The notes under the pieces were generated by a model. It searched no databases. It worked only from the letters and a program-made list of their open reading frames with translations, and had not been told where the DNA came from. Of a stretch of 38,853 nt of DNA, positions 30,694 to 37,971 are shown one piece after another; position 1 is the stretch's first letter, and every line of letters starts with the position of its first letter. The stretch lies in the NCBI GenBank assembly GCA_018065765.1, contig JAGHSR010000070.1, forward strand, positions 1 to 38,853, written 5' to 3'. This stretch comes from Candidatus Colicola coprequi. GTDB taxonomy: Bacteria; Bacteroidota; Bacteroidia; Bacteroidales; Paludibacteraceae. The position numbers were made by a program, and so were the translations under genes.

Positions 30694-32058
30694 TTATTCG
30701 TGAATCCATCCGGGATATTCAAACTCGCAGCCACGCCAATTGGAGTCGATGTGGATATAAGTTTCTTTTTGCTTCCGCAGAATCCAATCATGAATATATT
30801 CTTCGCCCAGTTTTTGCTCAAGCATGCCACGTATCACCTGAAAATCATCTGTAAGATTGGCTCTGTGCATTTCTCTTTTGCTACGCAGTTTAACGATGGC
30901 GCACACTTCCTTGTTTTTGGTTTGATCCATCATAACAAATGCCTGAGAAACATCTCCTTCTTGCATAGAGTAGATTTGCTTGGCTATCTCAGGGGGTAGG
31001 TCTTGAAATTCAAATTTGGATGCACCGGTATTGGGGTTCATCATCAGTCCACCATTCATGACGGTGTTTTTATCTTGTGAAAAATATGCCACTGCAGCCT
31101 CAAAAGGAGCATCTCCACGACGAACCACATCGGCTATCGAATCCAAGCGAGTTAACGCTTTGACTTTATCTTCAGCAGATACTCGCGGATGGAGCAGTAT
31201 GTGTCGGCAATTGATGCGTTCCCCTTTTTTCTCGATGAGTTGGATGATATGGTAGCCATATTCAGTCTCTACGATGCGTGACACTTTTTTGGGGTCGTTG
31301 AGGTTGAATGCCACATCGGCAAATTCAGTGACCAATTGTCCTCGCCCCACAAACCCCAATTCGCCACCACGTTTAGCGCTCTCGGTGTCTTCGGAATACA
31401 GACGTGCCAACATAGAAAAATCAGCCGAACCCGAATTGACACGCTCCGTGTATTCACGCAGGCGCGATTTGATACGGTCTGTCTCTTCCTGTGGAACCGG
31501 TGGCTCAAAACTCAAAACCTGCACTTCCACTTGGGCAGGAATCATAGGAACAGAATCAATGGGTATGGACGTGAAGAAACGACGTATCTCGGCAGGAGTG
31601 GGTTTGATATTTTCAGTCAGTTTGGCCTGCATCTGCTGAATTATCATCTGATTGCGAACCGTAGTCATCAATTCCTCGCGGATATCGCTGGATGTTTTGC
31701 GGAAATACTCCTCCATCTTCTCCTTGGAACCTATCTGCGAAATATAGTAGTTGATACGCATATCCACTTGATGACTGACTGAGGACTCGTTGACCTCAAT
31801 GGAGTCTAATTCTGCTTGATGAAGAAAGAGTTTTTGTATAGCCATTTGTTCGGGAATGGAGCAGTATGGGTCGCCTGTTATCTGTTGTCCCTCATACTGA
31901 GCACGAAGACGCTCCTCCTCCACTTCACTGCGTAAGATAGCTTCGTCGCCCACTATCCATATCACTTCATCGATGATGTTGTCAGCTGTAGCCGTCGTCA
32001 TAACGAATGCAAAACAAACAAACAAGCCGATACGGAAAAAGAAATTGGTATGTGACAT
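30694..32058 (-). CDS. SurA-like peptidyl-prolyl isomerase (parvulin type)
   Basis: It has a signal peptide. Parvulin motifs are GGELGFVGRGQLVTEFADVAF and CRHILL. Confidence 0.8.
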   Translation of the reverse strand: MSHTNFFFRIGLFVCFAFVMTTATADNIIDEVIWIVGDEAILRSEVEEERLRAQYEGQQITGDPYCSIPEQMAIQKLFLHQAELDSIEVNESSVSHQVDMRINYYISQIGSKEKMEEYFRKTSSDIREELMTTVRNQMIIQQMQAKLTENIKPTPAEIRRFFTSIPIDSVPMIPAQVEVQVLSFEPPVPQEETDRIKSRLREYTERVNSGSADFSMLARLYSEDTESAKRGGELGFVGRGQLVTEFADVAFNLNDPKKVSRIVETEYGYHIIQLIEKKGERINCRHILLHPRVSAEDKVKALTRLDSIADVVRRGDAPFEAAVAYFSQDKNTVMNGGLMMNPNTGASKFEFQDLPPEIAKQIYSMQEGDVSQAFVMMDQTKNKEVCAIVKLRSKREMHRANLTDDFQVIRGMLEQKLGEEYIHDWILRKQKETYIHIDSNWRGCEFEYPGWIHE

Positions 32059-32096
32059 ATTTTTCGATTTTTGAGTTTGAGTTGTTTTATTTGGTC

Positions 32097-32969
32097 CTAT
32101 TTGCTGAGTAGTTTTACTTTACCGAAACGTACAGCCTCGTTATATAGTTCACTCTGGTACTGCTGCAAGAAAGTGACTTGTCGTTCACTGAGGATGAGTT
32201 GTTTGATTTCACCAGAGGCATAATCCATTGGCATGGATTCTCCCGCCAAATGACTATCAGTCACCTGCAACAAATAAGTAGATATACTATCTGACACTTC
32301 GATACAGTTGGTATGGGCACGCAACTGTTGCTGCGAAATATCGGTTTCCAATGGCAGACGAAGTAGGATTTGATTGGTGGTCATCCAAGTAGTGGTGAAC
32401 CACTCATAACCGGTAGCAAATTGATAAGCATATTTCTCAATGGACTCAATATTGTCCTCATCGTCCAAATCGTCCAACCATTTATGCAAATCTTTCTGAT
32501 GAGGTGCGTCTTTAGGAAAAATCAGCAAAACACCTTTGACAATATTTTCCCGCAGAATAAACTGCTCTGCATGTTGTGCATAAAACTGAGCTATCATCGT
32601 GTCTTCTACTTGTTGTGACATCTTACGAGCCACCAACTGTTGTTCAAACTCGTGCACATAAAGCGAGCGGCGATAATCCTCCACCAAAGTCTCCAACTTG
32701 GCAATAGGGCGATCTTTAGCTTTCTGATAGAGCAGTATTTCTCCTGCCCACTGACGGATGTATTGCTCTGCCATGATAGCACTGTCTTCCAAAGACGTGG
32801 CATTGGCTGTGATGTAATCCAATTCGCTCAAGGTAAGTTGTTCGTTGCCAACTTGAGCCACAACTCCACTTTGTCGATGTCGATCAAATATGCTGCATGA
32901 AACCGCCCCTATCATCAAGCAGGGCAGGAGGATGAACATGGATACACTATGTGCGATTACGTTTTTCAT
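32097..32969 (-). CDS. Hypothetical lipoprotein, possibly a SurA-N/PPIase-like chaperone
   Basis: The start is trimmed to MKNVIAHSVSMFILLPCLMIGAVSC, a lipobox. It lies directly upstream of the SurA-like gene. The assignment is weak. Confidence 0.4.
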   Translation of the reverse strand: MKNVIAHSVSMFILLPCLMIGAVSCSIFDRHRQSGVVAQVGNEQLTLSELDYITANATSLEDSAIMAEQYIRQWAGEILLYQKAKDRPIAKLETLVEDYRRSLYVHEFEQQLVARKMSQQVEDTMIAQFYAQHAEQFILRENIVKGVLLIFPKDAPHQKDLHKWLDDLDDEDNIESIEKYAYQFATGYEWFTTTWMTTNQILLRLPLETDISQQQLRAHTNCIEVSDSISTYLLQVTDSHLAGESMPMDYASGEIKQLILSERQVTFLQQYQSELYNEAVRFGKVKLLSK

Positions 32970-33011
32970 ACACATGATTTAGTCTGCAAAAGTACAAAAA
33001 TAATGCCACTC

Positions 33012-34040
33012 TCACAAATTATTGTTAATAATTTCGTACAAACGATGTTGATACAACACTTTGGCAGGTTTATCGGGCAGCACAACGGCGGGAGCTAAAA
33101 CACCTTTCTGCCCAACTACAAGCGTATTGGGAGAAACTTCGATATGTATCTCATCGTATATGCCGGAATCCAACACCGACTGCAACACCTGAGCCCCTCC
33201 TTCCACCACCACCGAATGAATACCGCGCTCAGCCATATCGGAAAGTACGTATTCCCAATCGGTATTGTCGCTATAGACGATGGTCTGAGCATCCGCAGAG
33301 AAGATGTTGTTGTCCTTGCATACCTGCTGATGTCTATCCAGCAAAATGCGTATAGGGTTGCGCCCACTCCAGCGTGTGGTGAGCAGTTTGGGATTGTCCA
33401 ATAGTGCCGTGCGTTTACCCACTAAGATAGCCATATTTTCAGCCCGAAGACGATGTACTATCTGTTTGGTCAACTGTGAGGATATCATTAGTGGTCCCTC
33501 TGCTGCTTGCGTCAAAGTGCGTTGTACGTCCAGATACCCATCAGCGGTTTGCGCCCACTTGAGTATCACATATGGACGGTGCTGTGTTTGCAGGCACAAA
33601 AAACGGCGATTGAGCCAACGGCACTGTGCCTCCAACACCCCTACTTCCACTTCTATTCCGGCACTACGCAGCATCGTTATTCCCCGTCCGGCAACGAGTG
33701 GGTTGGGGTCTGACATGCCCACCACCACCTTGCCTATATGCTTCTCTATGATTAACTTGGCACAGGGCGGTGTTTTGCCATAGTGACTACAAGGCTCCAA
33801 ACTAACATACAGTGTACAAGATGGATAGTCGATTGGCAAAGTGGCACGTGTCTCGGCATCCATCAGGCAGTTGACCTCAGCATGGGCTTTGCCATACTCA
33901 CGGTGCCATCCTTCACCAATGATGCAGCCTCCATCATCCACCAACACTGCCCCCACCATAGGATTGGGGGCAACGTAGTATTGCCCAAGCTGCGCCAGCT
34001 GCAAGCAACGAGCCATATATTTTTCATGCGAATTTATCAT
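33012..34040 (-). CDS. ribD: Bifunctional riboflavin biosynthesis protein RibD (deaminase/reductase)
   Basis: The deaminase zinc motifs are HAEVNCL and PCSHYGKTPPCA. A C-terminal reductase domain follows. Confidence 0.9.
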   Translation of the reverse strand: MINSHEKYMARCLQLAQLGQYYVAPNPMVGAVLVDDGGCIIGEGWHREYGKAHAEVNCLMDAETRATLPIDYPSCTLYVSLEPCSHYGKTPPCAKLIIEKHIGKVVVGMSDPNPLVAGRGITMLRSAGIEVEVGVLEAQCRWLNRRFLCLQTQHRPYVILKWAQTADGYLDVQRTLTQAAEGPLMISSQLTKQIVHRLRAENMAILVGKRTALLDNPKLLTTRWSGRNPIRILLDRHQQVCKDNNIFSADAQTIVYSDNTDWEYVLSDMAERGIHSVVVEGGAQVLQSVLDSGIYDEIHIEVSPNTLVVGQKGVLAPAVVLPDKPAKVLYQHRLYEIINNNL

Positions 34041-34069
34041 CTTGGTTTGGCGATTTCAAATAAAAACTG

Positions 34070-34077
34070 TATCTTTG
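34070..34077 (+). promoter_or_regulatory. -7 box TATCTTTG for prmC
   Basis: The sequence matches TAnnTTTG and ends only 4 nt before the ATG at 34082. Confidence 0.45.
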
Positions 34078-34081
34078 CAGC

Positions 34082-34891
34082 ATGAAAGAATGCTTCGATT
34101 ATATCTACTCCACCTTACTTTCCACATACGGACCGGACGAGGCTTGGGATTTGACCTACTGGATTCTTGAAGAATCCACGTCCATGTCCCGCTACGAGAT
34201 AATGGGCTGCAAAGGTACAATAAATATTCCGAATATAGAAATTATTTTGCAACGATTGCTAAAAAAAGAGCCTATTCAATACCTTTTTGGTCACACACAA
34301 TGGATGGGACTGGATATCAAAGTTACTCCTGCCACTCTGATTCCCCGTCCTGAAACGGCAGAGTTGGTAGAGTTAGTGGAGCAATATTGCCATGATTCTA
34401 AGTTACGCGTTATGGACATCGGCACCGGTAGCGGATGTATAGCCATTGCTCTAAAAAGTCGCCATCCTAACTGGGAACTTACCGCCATTGACAGTAGCGA
34501 AAAGGCGCTGTCAATAGCGAAAGAGAATGCCAAAGCAAATCACGTGAATATAACATTCAAAAAAGTGGATATTTTATCCGATGAAATCGAATGTTTTGAC
34601 TGCATTGTCAGCAATCCGCCCTACGTGATGGAAAAGGAGAAAGCAACGATGGATGAGAGAGTCCTCCACTATGAACCTGTACAGGCTCTATTTGTAAGTG
34701 ACAATGACCCATTGGTGTTTTACCATCGTATCGCGAACATGAGAAAGGGACAACGCTTGTTCATGGAAATAAACGAGCAATTTGGCACTGAAGTGGCACA
34801 ACTCATGGAACAGGCAGGTTATACGGATGTTACGATAAAAGAGGATATATATGGCAAACAACGAATGGTCTGTGGACGAATTAAGGAATAA
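34082..34891 (+). CDS. prmC: Release factor glutamine N5-methyltransferase
   Basis: The SAM-binding motif is VMDIGTGSGCIAI and the catalytic motif is NPPY (SNPPYV). Confidence 0.85.
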   Translation: MKECFDYIYSTLLSTYGPDEAWDLTYWILEESTSMSRYEIMGCKGTINIPNIEIILQRLLKKEPIQYLFGHTQWMGLDIKVTPATLIPRPETAELVELVEQYCHDSKLRVMDIGTGSGCIAIALKSRHPNWELTAIDSSEKALSIAKENAKANHVNITFKKVDILSDEIECFDCIVSNPPYVMEKEKATMDERVLHYEPVQALFVSDNDPLVFYHRIANMRKGQRLFMEINEQFGTEVAQLMEQAGYTDVTIKEDIYGKQRMVCGRIKE

Positions 34892-35285
34892 GGCGCAAGT
34901 GTATTGCGCTCATACTGAGCATTGCGAGTCGGAAGTGAGGGATAAACTCCGTCAGTGGGGATGTGCTGAAAACCTAATGGATGAGATAGTGGCTCAACTG
35001 AAACGAGATAATTATATCAATAGCCGGCGATATATAGACGCTTTCGTCCATGATAAATTGCTATTTCAGGGTTGGGGACGATACAAGATACAGGTCATGC
35101 TTCGGGCTAAAAATGAGCCCGATACACTCATTCAACAAGCTTTAAATAATATCGATAAAAACGAGTATATTCGCATACTCCGGCAAGTAATTCAAAAAAA
35201 GAAAGGTGCCACTCGAGATCAAGTAGCACGATTCTGTCTTCAGCGGGGGTTTCTTTGGGAAGAGATTCTGCCCGAGTTAGAATAA
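34851..35285 (+). CDS. recX: RecX family regulatory protein
   Basis: The 144-aa helical-repeat protein contains AEHCESEVRDKLRQWG. This is a pattern I associate with Bacteroidetes RecX. It overlaps the prmC 3' end by 41 nt. Confidence 0.7.
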   Translation: MANNEWSVDELRNKAQVYCAHTEHCESEVRDKLRQWGCAENLMDEIVAQLKRDNYINSRRYIDAFVHDKLLFQGWGRYKIQVMLRAKNEPDTLIQQALNNIDKNEYIRILRQVIQKKKGATRDQVARFCLQRGFLWEEILPELE

Positions 35286-35311
35286 AGGGTATTCTATCAA
35301 TCCCGCACAAC

Positions 35312-36724
35312 TTATTCCATCACCTTGCCCGTTGCCAGTTTGTGTATCGTGGGAGCAACCTCAGAGTTGTCATGCCATCCTGCAAATCGCTCTGCTCCGA
35401 CACCTACAGCAAACACAGGCACCGGATTGGCGGTATGGGAAGTAGTAATCCATCCCACTTTAGCCTTTTTGTTTATCAATTTTAGAGCAGCATTGCTGAG
35501 TTGTTTGATTTCAGAGTAGAGGGTTTTGACGGATTTGTCCTTTCCTTTCTGCATGATAACAAACTGCTTGCGAAGTGCGGCATCCTCCTCAGGAGTAATC
35601 TCTATACCTGCGTAAAAACCGAAATCTTGTGTAAGTACCTGTTTGACTTGTTCCCACTTGAGACGCTTGCCGTATTGTTCGCAGAGGTTGGTGATATGTT
35701 CATTGAGCGTATCGGAAGTCACTTTTTGGTTCTGGAGCAACTTGAGTTTAAGTGAAGAAGAGCCGACACCCAGCGTCAGACCTCCTGTTTCGTGATCTGC
35801 GGTGATAACAATGAGTGTTTCGTCCGGGTGCTGCAGATAAAAATCGTATGCCACTTGCACAGCCTTGTTCATCTCTAACATATCATCGATGACGGTGGCA
35901 GCATCGTTGCTATGGGCAGCCATGTCAATCTGACCTGCCTCTACCATAAGGAAAAACTTCTCATTGCGAGAGAGAGACATAATGCCTGCTTCAACGATTT
36001 GAGCAAGCGTCAGAGCATCCTCATCACGACCAAAACTGCGTGGTAGGCAACCACCACCTGCTTTGTTCTTATCCAAACCTTCGTTGGGTTGGAGCAAGAT
36101 CATCTTGGGTGCATCCTGTTTGGTCAGAAAATCGGCATAACCTCTGGCAATGACATATCCTTCCTGCTCAGCCATGTCATACAGATTAGGATCATCGGCA
36201 TTGTTCTTGTTATTCGGATTAATAAAGGTACCTCCGGCAAAAAAATCATAGTTAGACTGAGTCAACTGCTGACCGATGTGGTAGTAGTCACTACGGCTTT
36301 CCACATGTGCATAGAAAGCACCCGGGGTGGCATGGTTGATGCTGACCGACGTGGAAACACCGACAGCCCACCCTTCTTGCTTGAGTTTTTCAGCAACGCT
36401 GACAGCGGGCGAACCATCTGGAGTAACACCCTCCATGTGGTTGGTGGTTTTTTTACCCGAAGCCAAGCAAGTGCCGGCTGCGGAAGAATCGGTGATACTA
36501 TGAGAGGCAGAGAAAGTTCTCAATTGTCCGGAATAAGGAAATTGAGTCATACACAATGGTTCAATGCCAATGCGCCCCTGCAGTTCTGCCATATACATTT
36601 CGGTCAAGGTCACCGCATTCACACCCATGCCATCTCCAATGAAGTAAAAAATGTACTTAGGCTGCTGTGCCAAGAGCACTATGGAGCACAGAACTCCAAT
36701 CATCAACAAATAAAACCGTTTCAT
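35312..36724 (-). CDS. Alkaline phosphatase (PhoA family)
   Basis: The start is trimmed to MKRFYLLMIGVLCSIVLLAQQ. Motifs are FIGDGMG, the active-site ITDSSAAGT, and DHETGG. Confidence 0.85.
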   Translation of the reverse strand: MKRFYLLMIGVLCSIVLLAQQPKYIFYFIGDGMGVNAVTLTEMYMAELQGRIGIEPLCMTQFPYSGQLRTFSASHSITDSSAAGTCLASGKKTTNHMEGVTPDGSPAVSVAEKLKQEGWAVGVSTSVSINHATPGAFYAHVESRSDYYHIGQQLTQSNYDFFAGGTFINPNNKNNADDPNLYDMAEQEGYVIARGYADFLTKQDAPKMILLQPNEGLDKNKAGGGCLPRSFGRDEDALTLAQIVEAGIMSLSRNEKFFLMVEAGQIDMAAHSNDAATVIDDMLEMNKAVQVAYDFYLQHPDETLIVITADHETGGLTLGVGSSSLKLKLLQNQKVTSDTLNEHITNLCEQYGKRLKWEQVKQVLTQDFGFYAGIEITPEEDAALRKQFVIMQKGKDKSVKTLYSEIKQLSNAALKLINKKAKVGWITTSHTANPVPVFAVGVGAERFAGWHDNSEVAPTIHKLATGKVME

Positions 36725-36772
36725 ATACGATAAGATTTTCAAGAATAACATTCAAAAATCAAAAACAACGTG

Positions 36773-36780
36773 CAAAGATA
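36773..36780 (-). promoter_or_regulatory. -7 box TATCTTTG (minus strand) for the alkaline phosphatase gene
   Basis: caaagata at 36773-36780 lies 49 nt upstream of the ATG at 36724. Confidence 0.5.
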
Positions 36781-36808
36781 GGTGTTTTTTCAGAATTATA
36801 CAAATATT

Positions 36809-36840
36809 TTTGGTGATTATCCAAAAAAAGTGTACCTTTG
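36809..36840 (+). promoter_or_regulatory. ssrA promoter: -33 TTTG, 20-nt spacer, -7 TACCTTTG
   Basis: TTTG is at 36809-36812 and TACCTTTG at 36833-36840. The promoter lies about 65 nt upstream of the mature tmRNA 5' end. Confidence 0.6.
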
Positions 36841-36906
36841 CAGTCTCAAATGTTTTTTTGAAAGAAAAAATAATGAGGCTTCAACGTAGCTTGTTGCCGA
36901 ACGCAA

Positions 36907-37296
36907 GGGGATAACTGGTTTTGACAGCAGGTAGAATGGATGCGTAAGCATGCCGAGTATGAGTACCACTCGTTAATAGGACTCAGTCAATTTTAACTGG
37001 CAACAATAGTGTAGCTCTCGCTGCCTAACCGAAGTATAGTAGGTTAGCTTAATTTCGGCACTAGGTGCTGAATCGAGACATCGCTCCAAGCCCGGCCTCG
37101 CGGCTGAATGGATATAGCGGTGCGGGAATTGCGAGGATAGTTTTCATAGGCTGCGATATGGAAATGACAACTAAGCAGATAAGCTGTGTGTAGGTGGCTT
37201 GGGTTTTGCATGCGGTCGAAAATGAAGGCCAAGATAAGCATGTAGAAAGCGTATGTGTTCCTTGTTTGGACGCGGGTTCGAATCCCGCTATCTCCA
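36907..37296 (+). ncRNA. ssrA: tmRNA (transfer-messenger RNA), about 390 nt
   Basis: The 5' GGGGATA pairs with the 3' TATCTCC, followed by discriminator A. The tRNA-like T arm is GGACGCGGGTTCGAATCCCGC. The internal tag reading frame GGC AAC AAT AGT GTA GCT CTC GCT GCC TAA (36999-37028) encodes GNNSVALAA. Confidence 0.9.
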
Positions 37297-37337
37297 CTTT
37301 GTTGCGCATTATTTCGCGCTCTTGTTACCGGACGCTT

Positions 37338-37412
37338 TCTCGAGGGTCTCTCGACAGTCTCTCGACAGTCTCTCGAGGGTCGATCGACACTTGACCGACA
37401 CTTGACCGACAC
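37338..37412. repeat. Tandem array with 11-bp periodicity (7 units in three sequence classes)
   Basis: The units are TCTCGAGGGTC, TCTCGACAGTC, TCTCGACAGTC, TCTCGAGGGTC, GATCGACAC, TTGACCGACAC and TTGACCGACAC. Confidence 0.85.
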
Positions 37413-37416
37413 TTAT

Positions 37417-37971
37417 TCAATCGTTTTTAGCTGATTTTTGGATTCTCCATTTACTCACTGCATAGACGATAGTCAGCAGCAGGAGCGGGAGGATAGGACT
37501 GCCGATGGGTGAGTCACTACCCGGGTTGGCAGGGTCAAAGCCGGGGCCTTCGTCTTCATCACCATCGCCCAGCGCGCGTCGTGGTCCGACGCGGCGGTAC
37601 TGTGAGGCGGTGCTGAGTGCCTCTTCTGCCGATACGCCGCTACCTAAGGACATAGCCGAGACCGGCAGGGTGTATGCGTGGCGGAGATAGCCGTGCCCTG
37701 ATTGAGAAGAAAAAGTCGCCGATGTAGGTTGCATCGGCATGGGTTCTCCCCAGCCCTGTGAGGGGATGTTACCGGAAACTTCAAACAAGCGGTACCTGCT
37801 ATCGCTGGCGTTGTAGAAACGTGCATCGCCTCCGAACTGTGTATTACCGCTGTAGGGTGTATTAGACCAAGCCGGAAGGGAGAAACAGAATGCAAAATGC
37901 AAAATGCAAAATGCAAAAAGCAGGATGGAGAATTGAGAATGGAGAATGGAGAATGGAGAGTGGATTATCAT
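37417..37971 (-). CDS. Hypothetical small membrane-anchored protein (184 aa) with a repeat-encoded N-terminal hydrophobic segment and a C-terminal TM helix plus basic tail
   Basis: The ATG overlaps the upstream stop as ATGA. The N-terminus is MIIHSPFSILHSQFSILLFAFCILHFAFCFSLPAWS. The middle is rich in G/S/P/D. The C-terminus is SPILPLLLLTIVYAVSKWRIQKSAKND. The coding status is uncertain because this GC-rich stretch is open in several frames. Confidence 0.45.
   Translation of the reverse strand: MIIHSPFSILHSQFSILLFAFCILHFAFCFSLPAWSNTPYSGNTQFGGDARFYNASDSRYRLFEVSGNIPSQGWGEPMPMQPTSATFSSQSGHGYLRHAYTLPVSAMSLGSGVSAEEALSTASQYRRVGPRRALGDGDEDEGPGFDPANPGSDSPIGSPILPLLLLTIVYAVSKWRIQKSAKND
37889..37967. 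repeat. Two adjacent heptanucleotide tandem arrays
   Basis: On the + strand, AATGCAA occurs 4 times perfectly (37889-37916). It is followed by TGGAGAA, TTGAGAA, TGGAGAA, TGGAGAA, TGGAGAG and TGGATTA (37926-37967). Confidence 0.9.

Noticed and set aside
34041-34081. An FMN riboswitch upstream of ribD.
   Set aside because: Only 41 nt separate ribD from the divergent prmC gene, which is far too short for the FMN aptamer of well over 100 nt.
37044-37412. ORFs of 122 aa and 82 aa (37061-37309) on the minus strand, and a 66-aa ORF on the plus strand, all overlapping ssrA.
   Set aside because: They overlap the tmRNA gene and the 11-bp repeat array. The peptide repeats (RPSRDCRETVERPSR) simply mirror the DNA repeats. 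The tmRNA fold explains the sequence.
37338-37412. Whether the tandem repeats could be a small CRISPR array.
   Set aside because: The units are 9-11 nt long and directly adjacent, with no spacers. CRISPR repeats are about 24-48 nt and are separated by unique spacers. No cas genes are present in the window.
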